A stretch of DNA of 55,853 nt, counting the filler, from Bipalium vagum (lineage: Eukaryota), in NCBI GenBank assembly GCA_037834085.1. It is 3 parts of 3 records of this genome, joined end to end, with 100 filler letters (N's around TTAATTAATTAA, not from the genome) between each part and the next. Parts side by side here need not be neighbours in the genome. Positions count along the whole stretch, not along the records: positions 39,999 to 55,853 come from JBBMKC010142100.1; 2 more parts are not named here. One strand, 5' to 3'. The notes beneath the pieces were generated by a model. That model made no database searches, was not told the DNA's origin, and saw only the letters and a program-made list of their open reading frames with translations. The translations under genes and the position numbers were made by a program. Shown piece by piece: positions 39,899-53,021 of this stretch (position 1 is the stretch's first letter; the number at the start of each line of letters is the position of its first letter).

Positions 39899-39998
39899 NN
39901 NNNNNNNNNNNNNNNNNNNNNNNNNNNNNNNNNNNNNNNNNNTTAATTAATTAANNNNNNNNNNNNNNNNNNNNNNNNNNNNNNNNNNNNNNNNNNNN
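39899..39998. other. Artificial 100-nt gap spacer N44-TTAATTAATTAA-N44
   Basis: Same structure as 21562-21661. Confidence 0.97.
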
Positions 39999-40047
<49 letters not shown>

Positions 40048-40052
40048 TATTA
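39999..40052. repeat. (TTA)n microsatellite abutting the gap
   Basis: Visible tandem TTA run. Confidence 0.95.
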
Positions 40053-40719
40053 GCATCTGATTCGATACAAGTTATCCGAAGAAGGAAATCAGTGGGATTA
40101 TGCCACTATTCTCATAGTCAGAAAATATTAAAGATCAAGAGATTTTATGTCATCATACTGATGAAGTATCACAGATTTTTTTTGAAAAAGAAATATTCAA
40201 AAATCATTTCTTCAAGTAATTTATTAATTTCCAAAATAAAGACTCTTAATAATAATTTATTTATTTTATAAAGCTTTTATCACATTGTAAGTAATGCATA
40301 AAATCTATTAATGATGATTTTTAAAAAAGTTACTTTATTATATAATTTCTAAGTTTTCATGTAAATCTGCTATTAATTTCTTAATAACTTAAAAAATATC
40401 TGTTATTAACGTAATTGATTTTTATAAGAACTAGGCTTATTTTAAGATACCCTATTAATATTATTCTTTTACAAGAGATCTGTAGATGTATTTAGCAGTA
40501 TAAGAAGATGATAACTATCAGCCAAACTTGGTAATTCTACATCTATGAATCCACTGATTTCATAAATATTTACAAAATAAAATTGATTTTAAAAATCATA
40601 AAATAATAATAATAAAAATAATAATAACAGCAACGATAAAAAAAACCAAGAACAAGGAGAAAAAATATTAAGAAAAAGACTAAAAACTCAATGTGTATCA
40701 CTTCTTAAACAATAAAAAA

Positions 40720-41124
40720 CGTGGCATACTGGAACCATTCGTGGAATGGGGTGATATCCGTGATACTTTTGTGATATCCGCCGTTTATAATTGACAATCA
40801 TAAATTTCGATTTTGAACCTCGTTTAGTAATTGAATTCTTACATCACGCTTGGCAAATATTTCGCGCATTCTCTGATGCAGTTTTCTTTAACTTATATTC
40901 ATAAAGTAAACAAGTTCTAATTTGTGCCTTTGGTATTGTCTGTTAAATAGCGTTTTAAAATATTAAAACAAACTTAAAATAATAAAATAAAGTTTTAATT
41001 TAATAGAGGCATACCTATCTTATTATTACTTATCAATAAATATAAAAATATTAGTCGATATTTCTGAATATTTTTGTTTTAAAGTTAGTATATGAAAAAC
41101 GATGATACTTTTCCCTCAACCTAA
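40720..41124 (-). mobile_element. Mariner 5' end fragment
   Basis: Terminus (reverse complement) TA|TTAGGTTGAGGGAAAAGTATC. Translates IPKAQIRTCLLYEYKL/TASENARNICQA. Confidence 0.72.
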
Positions 41125-41644
41125 TAACTTAGTAACTAAGTAAGTTGAAAAAAGGAGAATTTTTCAGTTGGAAGGTGAGGAATAGTTTGTGAACTTCCCA
41201 TTCATCATTCTCATATTTACAAGAGGATGGAAAGGAGTGAGTCTCACAACTTCTGGAATCAGGCCTCAAAGAGGAACTTGGAATTTGGGAAAGGATGATT
41301 GACTATCAGCTGGGTGATGGGTTCAATCTGACCTTCTGATATCTGATCAGGGACCTCAGTCCAATTCTAAGGGGGTTTATTAACCACCTGAAGAGATGCC
41401 ATGCGGTTGAATCTCGTCAAGAACAGTGATCAATGGACAAGTCTGATGGTATGTTCATGCTAGTCTAGATCGCCCGAAATTGACCAGGAAACTGGGTTGA
41501 ATTCCAGTTGAGACGCTGCTGATGATCCCATGTGGTTGATTTTCACTGTCAGAATACCATATTGACCTCACTGATGGTATCTCCATGTTAGCCTGGTCCT
41601 AATGAGTTCGTGAAGAAAGGAAAAAATATTATAAAAATCATAAA

Positions 41645-42185
41645 CAAATAAGATTGTTTGCTCACTGACACCAAAATTTAAGAATAATTCATAGACGCTT
41701 TGAGATGGACCTGACTCAACAGTGACCTTTAGTTGATCATTACAGACCTTTTGTTCTAGCCGACCACGTGGCTTATTTGTGAGGCCAAATTGACCTTTTT
41801 TAAATTTAGCAAACCAATTTGCCACCGATGGCTGTGTAGTTACACTGCAGCCAAATATTCCATCAATATTTCGCGTGGTCTGTAATGCTGTAGTTTCTTG
41901 TAAAAATTCATATTTCATGATGATTCGAATTTCTACTTCTTCAATTTTCAAACAATTTGATTATTAAAAGAAATAGTTATTATTATTTAAAAATTATATT
42001 AATTTGCTTAAAAGGCGAAAAATGTAACTGTCTAAATGAAAAAAACCGAATGCTAAAATATGAAGCCATGTCAAATAATCAGCTGTTAAAATTGACAATA
42101 TTGATAAATATGACCTACAAATTTCATAATTGGCGACGCAATAATTTCAAAAAAAATTCACGTTTGTTTCAATCAACAATTTAAT
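41645..42185 (-). mobile_element. Mariner 5' half, cecropia/Dtmar1-like
   Basis: ORF 41568..41951 reads EIRIIMKYEF..VANWFAKFKKGQFGLTNKPRGR..KVCNDQLK..SQSVYEL..FGVSEQTIL. The catalytic half is absent. Confidence 0.85.
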
Positions 42186-42228
42186 AAAAATAAATTTGAA
42201 TAATAAAAGTTCTATTAATTTTCTTAAC

Positions 42229-42625
42229 CTTTGTTAAGCAATCTACAAAAGGTCTGTTTAAAATTGCACGGATTTCAGAATTTGGAATAAATCCTAAAAA
42301 TCCTGTAATCTTTTATATGAAAAGAGAATAATTTACCATCTGGACCCATGGGAAAGTTTCTGAAATTGATATGATTGTATGTGAGATCAACCATCTTCAC
42401 TTTGCATTCCTCAGATTTCATACATATCGGATGGGAGGTATATCGCAATGAAGGAATTAATCGCTCATCCATAGGAATTGGAGGAATTTCCTCAACTGTT
42501 TTATTCTCAGCGACTTCATCCTCGCCTGGTTTTTTTTCATTGGAAGGTAAATTGTTCTGATCTTCTGAGACCTCAAGATCCCCATTATCTTCTTCAAGCG
42601 ATTCATCTTCTGGATTTGCAATCAT
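42229..42625 (-). CDS. Probable first two coding exons of an unidentified host gene (acidic N-terminus)
   Basis: Open frame MIANPEDESLEED..FPMGPD is followed by a short GTAAAT..TTTTTAG intron (43 nt, or 34 nt with an in-frame upstream AG). The spliced frame continues GFIPNSEIRAILNRPFVDCLTK up to a GTTAAG donor. Confidence 0.6.
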
Positions 42626-43099
42626 GTTCACAATTATTATATCAGTTATCAATATATTAATTTTTAAAATCAAATTTGTTTTAACCTTTATTAAAAGTTA
42701 ATTAATTTATTCTGATTTTGGAGAATTTATTTTAACCAAGCTCAAAGACATGTTCCTCATCAACTAAAACATAGAAAATGATTTCTGAAGTTATTAAATT
42801 AAGATTACTTAATTATTATTATTATTATTCAAAGGTTTTTATAGTTCATGAATATGACATGATTTATAACATTATAATACTTTTTTATTATGTTTAATGT
42901 CTGATGATTATTTAAGTTATTTTTAATTATTATTTGACTAATAAATTAAGAAACATATATATTTATTATTATTAAATATTATATTATTATTATTATTTTA
43001 TTATTTATTTTATCGTTCAGACCCTACACTGTCGTTTTCCAAGGTTGTGCCTTTGGAAGACTTATTTAAAAAATAATTATGATAAAAGTAAATATTCTA

Positions 43100-44381
43100 T
43101 AAGTTGGAAAGAAAGTTCTGTCCGTTTTATATTTAAATATTAAATCACATTAAAAACACTTTATAAAACGATTTTATTTAAAAATAAATTACATTCATAT
43201 CTGTACAATCATTCATGGTAATAACCAATATTCGATTCAACAATATAACGCCATCTCTTAGGCAAAGAGTGAATCCCAACCCAATAGTACTGCTTTGATT
43301 TAGAGGCGAAGAATTCAATTAGCCACGTTTTCAGGTCCTCGTCTCCTTCGAACAACATTCCACTAATGCTTCTAGCCAAAGTGAGAAACAAGTAGTAGTC
43401 CAATGGTGCCAGATTCGGAATATACTGAGGATGGATGAGAACTTCCCAACCAAGATTCACCAGTTTCTCCCTGGTCACTGTCGCAATGTAATGACGAGCG
43501 TTGACATGCAGAAATCGAACATGACTTAGATTTGGGAGAAGTTCAGAGATAATTTTAGCCAAACGCTCTAATTGTTCATAGTACACTTGAACATTGATAG
43601 TAAAATTGAGAGGCAGCAGTTCCCAATAGATTATTCCGGAGCTATCCCACCAAACAGAAAGCATAACTTTGCGAGGGTGCAGGTCGGTCTTTGGTTGTGT
43701 CCTGCTAGAACTGTTAGCATCTGTCCAAGAACGCCTTCGCTTGATGTTGATGTACAGACACCATTTCTCGTCACCAGTAACTATGTTATTCAACCATTGG
43801 GCGCTTCGACTGCGGGAAAGCAGAGAGACAGCTGCATCAACTCGGTGTTGACTGTCCGAGACATTAAGAGTGTGGGGCACCCATCGATCAAATCGACTCA
43901 CCTTGCCAAGAGCTTCCAAGTGATTGATAATGGTAGTGAGAGACATCCATTATATCTGCAATCTCTCGCGAAGTTTGATATGAATCCTCATATCACAGCT
44001 CCAGCAGGCGGTCATTATCCACCGCAGTAGAACGACCAGAAAGAGGTTTATCATCGGTCCCAATATCACTAATACGGAATCGTTGGAAATGAAGCCTGAT
44101 ATTGCGCTGGGACACACAATCATGGCCAAATTCATAGCATAGACGTTGTTGCGATTCAACTGCTGTAAGGCCAGATTTGTAGTACGAATGCAGGTACGAA
44201 TTTGCGATTTTGTAATATTGATTTTTAATTCCATATTACTGATTTTAAAGGATGCTAATATCATGTATATATAGATAAATGTTTGCCTGTTATTAGTGTG
44301 TCTGGTAGTTGTGTATCTCCTAGTTATGAGTAATAAATATCATTGAATCCAAAAAACTACCAGAACTTTCTTTCCAACTTG
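43100..44381 (-). mobile_element. Full-length (1282 bp) mariner with a mostly intact but inactivated transposase
   Basis: TIR AAGTTGGAAAGAAAGTTCTG with TA flanks. ORF 43209..43946 has WVPHTL, IVTGDEKWCLY, KVMLSVWW, HVNARH (second Asp mutated) and YIPNLAPLDYYLF. The 5' part is frameshifted. Confidence 0.95.
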
Positions 44382-45419
44382 TAATATTAAATTTTTACAA
44401 CTTTTTTATTATACAGAAATTATTATAATTGTATTGTATCATAACCATTTGGGAAATTTAGCTGAAAAATTACCTCACCTAAAGAAGATAATATTTTAAT
44501 AAGAGAAATTTTAATCAAGTTTTTATCAGTCGATTAGAAAAAATATTGGTAAAAAATAGTGCTCTTTATAATGAAATGGTATGATCAACTGAATCTTAAT
44601 TTTTCCATCGCTGATCAGTAGTCGCAACACAAATGATAACCCACATTATTAAATATCTTGAATAAATACCAAAGAACCAATAACATCATAGTCAAAGCGA
44701 TATTTTCATATTTACAAAGTTCTTATGTGTATCTGTTGGGGCATCAATCCAAATAATTGAAACAGGAATGAACAGTTGATTGAGAAATGGGCAGATTATG
44801 CGAAAAATTCAAATATAATGATTTTTCTTTTAGAATATGCTAAACCTGTTTTGGTATTAAGAACCCAAAAAACCGAGAAGTTTGCCATATCAAACTTATT
44901 TACCAAATAATATTTCAACAGATTTTCACTTATCTCGTTCGATTTAACAGTCTTTCTAATAAAATATTTTGTAACGTTAAACAATGCTATTGTTTTTTGA
45001 AAACTGCATTCAATCTAAACACAAAGATTTAAGTCGACCATCCACATTTAATTTGATTATGGCAAAAGATATGGAATTTTTAAAATTTATTGAATTATAT
45101 GAAATGGCTCCTTATCTTTATTTATATAATTATTTAATTACTTTTTAGATTATCATTTAAATTAATTTATAATGAATACAGTAATTAGTGATTCTAGTCC
45201 ATATTGATTTAAGAGCAATTAGTTTAAAGCCTAAAAAAATTTGTATATAAAAATTGGATTGAATATAAAAATATACGTGGTAAAGCTAAGCAGTACGTAG
45301 ACTACCAAAAATTTGAAAATACTTTTAAAAAATTGCTCGTATACAAGTAAGAATTATACGATTGACTTAAATATTCTATTTTTTGTTTGCAATAGATAAG
45401 ATTATTTCAAAGATAGTTT

Positions 45420-45670
45420 CAAAAATGTAGAATTTGACAGTGAAATCCGGTCTTTACTTCTCAAGTGATCTGGTAAACAGAAAATTATTAATCAACTACA
45501 AGAAGCATACGGTGACGAAACTCCGTCTCAGACGACCATTTATATCTGGATCCGAGAATTTTCCTTTGGTCAAAAAAGTATTTTTGATACAACCAATTGG
45601 AAGAATTTTTGAAATTAGTGAACAAATTACTATAAATTTTCATGATATTGCAAAAAATTTACTGAAACGT
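45420..45670 (+). mobile_element. Mariner N-terminal HTH fragment
   Basis: Translates LQEAYGDETPSQTTIYIWIREFSFGQKSIFD. Confidence 0.65.
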
Positions 45671-46821
45671 ACCTATTAGAAATGCTAAACGTATGCAAAA
45701 GAACCATCTAACTGCTTCTAGAGCAAATGGGAATTCGAATCCAGGGTTCGTATTGTCATCTAAAATCATATGTTGACTTTCACGTCGGGATCTCAAGCAA
45801 TGACTTAAGTGGTCTAATTTTCTACAGTAGATTGCCGAATGACCTTCTGTACCGGTTCTAAAAAGTCTCAATACTCAATTCCACGAGCCAATCAAGACAC
45901 AAATCATACATGTTTTCTTGTCAGTTGAAAACCTTTTGTTATAAGGATTGGGATTTTTGCACAGGATCCACTTTTAATCAAAAATGAATCTTCTTTTGAT
46001 TATCTGACTAGTCATTGAGGGATTTCTTTAATCGTATCAATAATTACCTGATGATCGACTTCAATTGGATGGCCTGAGAGTGTTTCAGCTTTCATAGCTT
46101 CATTACTAGTATTGAGCTACAAAACCATTACTCACTATTTCTATCTCCATAAGCTTCCAAAACTATTCACGCACTTTTGGAAGCATTTGTGCCAAATTTA
46201 AATTGAAAATGAAGTAGTAAGCGTGTTTATTTCCAAATAGCTTCATTCTAGAACAATTATATTCAGACAAGTATAAAAAATATAGACAATTTTACTTTGA
46301 AAAAATTATACAGACAACAAACTTTCAAGCAGAATCAAAATTTAGAACTAACAATCGATATATTTAATATTAAAATATTTTATTAATTTCTAGAGTGCAA
46401 AACATAATTTTAATCAAATATAAATAAATATATATATATAATTTTATTAGTAATTATATTATTTGTTTTTTATAATTAAATTTTTCATTAAAATAACGAA
46501 AATTTTTATCAGAAAAAAGTTTCAGAAATTTCTAATATTTTATAATTATAATGATTATAACATCAATCAAAAAACTAATGATTATATATACCACACAAAC
46601 TATGGAAATAAAAGTTCAGAATTATTATTAAAAATAATAGAGAGGAGAAAAGTTTTCTGTGACTGGGCAATCAAATTATTTGAATGTATTCAATCAAAAT
46701 GTACTTGATTTATATAAATATTTCGATGTCACCAATTAAGATAAATTGTTCATTAATGTCAACTGGAGAATTTATAATTCCTTTTTGGAGAATTGATTAA
46801 TAAAACAAACAAACATTGGTG

Positions 46822-47958
46822 ATGACAAAAAACGAGTCCGATTTCCTCAAAGATAATGAATGGAAAGAGAAAGTCCGGTTATCATTGTTTTCTGTATATG
46901 GGATTATTGTTTTATTTGGACTTATTATGAATAACATGCTCGTCATTTTACTGATCCTAAGAAAATTGTACCGAAATGTGACAAATCTGTTCGTATTGGT
47001 TTTGGGAAGTTCTGATATTTTCCTCTGTGGTGTATCTATACCACTTCAGATGTATATAGAGCTTGTTCCTAATATAACAATGTCACAATTTTTGTGCAAA
47101 ATCACCGTGGTTCTTTTGGCATTACCGATACATATTTCGTGTTTTACTATATTGCTTATTGCTGCTGATAGGTATCATATAATCATGTATCCCTTCAGGA
47201 AGCGAATGTCCCTTTCAATGGCTGCTGTATGTATCTTATTGATTATGATAACTAGTGTCATAATAATTCTACCAGTTGCAATTTATACAAATCATCATCA
47301 ACTGTATGTCAAAGGATTTTGTGTAGAAGAATGGCCGAACCCCTATGTAAGATTGGTTTATTCTACAATTGTCTTATCTTACCAAGTTCTTATACCACTA
47401 TCTTCAACTGGAGTTCTGTATTTTCTGATTTATAAACGTTTGAGTACTCCAACATCAGTGAACAGAAATGGAAATCAAACTCGAAGATCAAATAAAGTGA
47501 TCAGAGTTCTTTTAACAATTGTTTTGTGTTATGTGATTTGCTGGAGTCCATGGAATATATATTCGCTATTTTTGGAATCTCAAATATGTATGCTGTCAAT
47601 GAACTTCTCCGAGGAAAATAATATGACAATTATTCTCAACACAAATGAAGATAAATTATTAGACAATATGTCGCCATATATAAATTTATTGAACATTTTC
47701 CTCAAAGTAATATCAGTGTTAACAACTTTTATCAATCCGTTTCTTTACGGATGGATGAATGACAGTGTTAAAGACTCTCTACTCTCCATTTGTCCTAATG
47801 ACCGAATCTGGACTTCGTGTATTCTCAGTTCCAGAACGGTCACAGAAATCGTACCATGTTCTTTGAAACTAACGAAGACCAATCTTTCCATTGATGGAAC
47901 TAAACCATACAATAATAATATAACGGAAATCAAAAGTGATTATGAAAGAATTATATAA
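46822..47958 (+). CDS. Intronless class A GPCR, neuropeptide Y/F receptor-like (378 aa from the first ATG)
   Basis: Seven hydrophobic segments. Motifs NVTNLFV..LG.SD (TM2), C..IAADRY..I.YP (TM3), CVEEWP (ECL2, typical of NPY-type receptors), CWSP (TM6) and INPFLYGWMN (TM7). The frame is uninterrupted. Confidence 0.92.
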   Translation: MTKNESDFLKDNEWKEKVRLSLFSVYGIIVLFGLIMNNMLVILLILRKLYRNVTNLFVLVLGSSDIFLCGVSIPLQMYIELVPNITMSQFLCKITVVLLALPIHISCFTILLIAADRYHIIMYPFRKRMSLSMAAVCILLIMITSVIIILPVAIYTNHHQLYVKGFCVEEWPNPYVRLVYSTIVLSYQVLIPLSSTGVLYFLIYKRLSTPTSVNRNGNQTRRSNKVIRVLLTIVLCYVICWSPWNIYSLFLESQICMLSMNFSEENNMTIILNTNEDKLLDNMSPYINLLNIFLKVISVLTTFINPFLYGWMNDSVKDSLLSICPNDRIWTSCILSSRTVTEIVPCSLKLTKTNLSIDGTKPYNNNITEIKSDYERII

Positions 47959-49249
47959 ATTTATGATAATATTATATTATTTAACTAAATTTATAAAATT
48001 TCTGTTTGTTTATTAAATGGTTGGTAAAATAATGATTGATTAAAGGGAAAGAATTTAGCTGACAAAAACAAATATGTAATCAGAATGCTTATCTATTTGA
48101 CATTCTTAATATGTACACAACGAATTAGAGAGACTTAGAACAAATTGACATTTATTTGCAATTTTCATGTTATTTATTAAGTGTTTGGAAATTACGTTTT
48201 TTTTAATTCAAAATCGATTTTTCTTGTTAATGTTATAAAAATAAATTAATTTTATTTTAATATTTCTACTTAGTAAAACAAAATTACATAAATCAATAAT
48301 GAATTAAGTCAGTAAATGAATTCAAATTTTTAGTTTTATTTCTCAAGTGTCATGAGGACATATATTTATTTTGTTTTAAAAAGTTTATCTGACAAAATAA
48401 TTTAATGTTTACTGTTTATTCAGTCAAGAATTATTTATATTTTTAGCAAATGAAGAATACTTTGCAAGTCTTTTAGAATCTGTGTTTTGATGATTTATTA
48501 TCTGTTTTAAATAAATCATCTAAATTTACTCCCACAATCAAATTTCTTCTTAAAGATAATTAAAATATTTATCTATTTTAAGTGGGCCCCAAAAATGGTT
48601 TTTTAATTTTGTGAAATATCTATGGTTCATTCCTATGGATCTTTTTTATTTAAAAAGTTTTCAACTACTGACATTTTAATTTAAAAATAAAATAAAATTA
48701 TATTTTTTACGGTAAATAATTACACTGAAACTCAAATACACCGCAAACCATGATATAAAGAGGAATGTGGTATCTTTTTATCTACTGCCATGTTATCGGT
48801 ATTATTCGAACAAGAGAAAAATTAACTTATTTTTTTATTTCACAACAGATTTTTGAGTAATTATAAATGTCATGTCCATTTATTTATTATTTAAGCAAAT
48901 TAATTAAAATATTTTACTTTTAATATAATTTTAATTATCAAATTTATTTAATTAAACTTTTCAACTTTATGAAATACAACTTTAAATTATAAATTTAAGA
49001 TAATAAATGCATAATTTTAAAATTTTAAAACTTAGTTTTAGTAATATCTTTACATAGCTATAGAATTTAAGAAAGTGGATCGTAATGTAACAATTAGAAT
49101 AGATTATATCCTGACGTGTCTCACTAAATATGTTTCAAAAATACATTAGAAGACTTCAAATGATTATTAATAAGACTTAATTGTTTATGACATTTTAAAA
49201 CTATTTTTTTCTTTTGATTCTCTTAATTTGTTATAAAAGAAACATTTAT

Positions 49250-49600
49250 AAAGAACTCCTGTCGTTAAATAAAACCATAGATTCTAATCTTTATTGCGAT
49301 CAATTAACAAGAATAAAACAACCGATCGAAAAAACCAGACCAAATTTGATAAGCCGGAAAGGTCGTGTTCCCTCAGACCACACACATCTTTGAAATTCCG
49401 ATAAAGATTAAGCGCGTTTGAATGGGAACATATGATACGTCTACCTTACATTTGGATTTCGTATCGTTACATGATCAGTTATTTGGATCTCTACAGAACT
49501 CTATTAATGAGGTGAAATTCAGGCTTATGAAAGAATGTAAAAAATATTTGGTACAAATTTTAAGCAAAAAAAGACATTTCTCATTGATGAAGTAGTAAGT
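49250..49600 (+). mobile_element. Mariner C-terminal fragment
   Basis: Motifs IDSNLYCDQLTRIKQPIEKTRPNLISRKG, RPHTSL, FEWEHM and LFGSLQNSIN. Confidence 0.75.
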
Positions 49601-51813
49601 ATGAAGAGGATAATAAGACCCGGGGAATTTTTTTAATTATGTATCTTTAAGTATTTTGGTTATTATGTTATCTTATCATTAAAAATATGGATTTTTTGCT
49701 TTGAATGTATGAATAATGTTAAATTTTCTGATAATTATTTATATATATATTTTTAATAAAAAAATTCTTTTTAACATTCTTGTTTGAAATAAATCTTGTT
49801 TAAAACAAAAAGAGCCTTTTATATCACATGTTTTTACAGAAATGTTAAGTTAATCTTTAACTACAGAGATCGAGAGAAAAACTTGCAATTCTATTATTTA
49901 TTGTAATTTTCATAATTATCATTATATATTTATAAACATGAGTAAATTTAATAATAATATTTATATAGCAACAAAAATCATTAGTTAATTTTTGGTCGGC
50001 AAAATAAATTCATTTTCTTTGTAGAATAAAAATAAGAAAAAATAAAAAGATTATTAAAAATAAACTGGTTTTCCTTTTAATATTATCCAGTAATATATTT
50101 TATTTTATATTTAGTTTAGTATTTTTGTTTAAATATATGTACGTTGTTACAGAGTATTCTAACATTGTTTATTTTAAAAATGACTTACGATAATCCCCAT
50201 GTAATGAGAATTTTTAATTTTAAATTCAAAGTTTTATAATGTAATTAAAAGTTTAAATCACTTAAATTAAATTAAAACTATTTAATATCATTTTAAATAT
50301 TGTTAAGAATTATAACATGAAATTTTTAGAGTAAATAACTTTAAGAAATTAAATAAATAATGAAATTTAAAAGCTTTAAAACCATTGAAAGTCTTATGGT
50401 ATGATAATTTATTCTGTTTTTAAATTGTGATATTTGGAAAATATTAAACAAAGCTTAAGCACGGTCTGACTCCAAAACCTACTAATTTATTCAATAAACG
50501 ATAATCCAATACTAAAATTCAATTTAATATTGTCTCGAAAACAAAACAGAAAAGAAATCTGTCTCTATTGGAGATCATACTACTCACAGTAGCTGAATCT
50601 AAAATATCACAATAATCATATGAGTACTTTGATCTCTCTAATGTCTATTATCCAATTATCGAAAAATAATAAATAAAAAAATAATGAGATGACAAATGGA
50701 ACTGAAAAATGAAATCAATATGATATAGATGATTGAAGTCCAATAAAGTAATGAAACCCTAATATATGGTAACCTCTTTATAAAATTCATTTTAAGATCT
50801 CCCGGATCTAATATGGTCCCCATTTACTTATCATGATTCAAACCCAATAAATAAAGAGACTCTTCAAATCAATATTTGTTTTAATTTCAACGGTCAATAT
50901 CAATTTATGTTCAATGTTTTTAAAATAACAGAAAATTATTTCTTTTTTAATTAATTTAATATCGAATCACAATGCCAATTTATATAATTAATATATTCAA
51001 TAATCATAAAAATAATAGAAATCAAATTTTCTTTTAACTAACTCAAAAAAAATATAATTAAGTAAACATACTTGTTATTTGTACTTTCTCTCTCGTTACA
51101 AATTCAAACTATTATTTTACCTTCTTAATTCACTTTGTTTTAACGCAGTTTTGATGACTGATTTAAATACGTTCCTTGTGCAAAGACCGAATATCAAGTC
51201 TCGCTGCAGATAGCAGATTGGGTTTTCAGTCAAGAGGTATTCTCTCTTTTACCTTTAGTGACAGAAGAGATCAATCTTCCCTTTCCTCATCCCTCTTTTT
51301 CCTTTATCGTAATGGAAAGGCGGTAGATTAAAGAAATAGGCCTGTTCTGGAAAATTAACAAAAAAGAAAATCCATCTCGGATGCAATGAATAAATAAATA
51401 AATAATTAAATAAATATTATTAATCATATTTTATTATGTGAAAAAATATGTTAATATTTTTTATTATTTTATCCTCATGCCTCTCGATATTAATGGGACC
51501 TCTAAATTGAAAAATGATCATATTACAAAATATCATTTACGATAGTTTGCAAGAGTGATGGTTTATAAAGATTTCGAGGAAAATATACTTCGGTAACGAC
51601 GAAAGAAATCACGATTTACAGCCAATTTGATGAATCTGATAAAAATATGAATTGATTGCGAAACTGTTATAAAAGTATGAAATACAATATTACAAACATT
51701 AATAAAAGATGAAATTAAGAAATTTTACAATTCCAATAATTGTTCAAGTGATAGATACAGACGGTTAAATAGCAAATTTTTATGAAAAGTACAGCGAAAT
51801 CACATTCTTAATA

Positions 51814-52312
51814 TTGGGTTGGAAACAAAGTTTCCGGACAAAACTTATTCATAGAAAAAAATGAATATAAGGCGAATATCAAATGAAAAATTTATAATAC
51901 AAAAAAATCGATAATATTACAACAACAAATTAGATAACAGTCAGTAATATAACTGCCAGTGTTCTCTATCACTTGCTTCCAACTACGTGGCAGATTACTT
52001 ATCCCATATTTATAAAAAAAACATTGTTTTACTATCAAAAAAATCACCAACTGCTGTTTTCAATTCATCATCATTTGCTAACATCTTAGAATTTATGTAG
52101 TTCTGCATAGCCAGGAATAAATGGAAATTTGTTGGAGCCAGATCCGGTGAATAAGACAGGTGTGGTAGAACTTCCAACTCCAACTGAAGAATTTTTTCAC
52201 GGGTAAAATGACCAATATGCTGTCTAGCATTATCGAGGAGTTGAATTTTTTTTATTTCTGGACATTTTTGTCCGATCGCATTTGACCCCTGCTGCAATTG
52301 TTGGCAGTATAA
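51814..52312 (-). mobile_element. Mariner 3' end fragment with one TIR
   Basis: Terminus TA|TTGGGTTGGAAACAAAG. ORF 52010..52297 reads LLDNARQH..LEVLPHLSYSPDLAPTNFHLF. Confidence 0.88.
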
Positions 52313-53021
52313 TTACGGCCTGATTTCCTCCTAACATATCTCAATAAATGTTTCAATTCTGTTTTTTAAATAAATTAGTACCATTTTTATGATTTTTATT
52401 TAACTTAAATTTTGAACAAAATATTTTAATTTTATGAATTTGTTTTACTAAAAAAAGTTTCAACAATTAAATTTCTTTTTACATTCAAAAACAAAATAAA
52501 TGTTTAAGAATAATCAATAAGATTATTTCAACTTTTTAAAAACAAAATTTATTTTTGTCTTTATTTTTTATCAAAGAAAATTAAATTTGGAATAAGAGGT
52601 AATTTGATAGGTTTTTAGAAAAATAAAATATAAAAATAAATAGTATTTTTAAATATTTAATAACATGAAAACGTCACATTTCTGTTATAAAAATAAAAGT
52701 TTAAATAGAAATAAATGAAATAAAAATAATAAATTTAAGAAGAATAATATGGAAAATGTCCATTTATCTATTTCAAATATTAAAAATTGCTTAATAAATT
52801 AAAAGAAAATTAATCTTAAATTTTAAATATTGCTTTAATTAATAAATAATTTGATTTATTAAATAAATTTGACTTCAATAAAAGAAAATAAAGAATAAAA
52901 ACTGAATATTACAAAAATATTTCTTAAAAGTTTATCATGATTACATTTTCGTTTCAAATTTATTAAGAAAGTCTCTATTTATTTTAAAAAGGATTTTACC
53001 TAATGATAATGCTTTTCATTA

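Noticed and set aside
43572-44030. 152-aa plus-strand ORF and similar antisense ORFs over mariner and Gypsy relics
   Set aside because: Shadow frames on the opposite strand of transposase or pol sequence.
46153-46184. Hairpin GCTTCCAAAA..TTTTGGAAGC upstream of the GPCR
   Set aside because: A single 10-bp stem is plausible by chance in 56 kb of AT-rich DNA, and no Helitron CTRR end follows.
46816-46821. TTG/GTG start given by the ORF track for the GPCR
   Set aside because: Eukaryotic context; the first ATG at 46822 was used instead.
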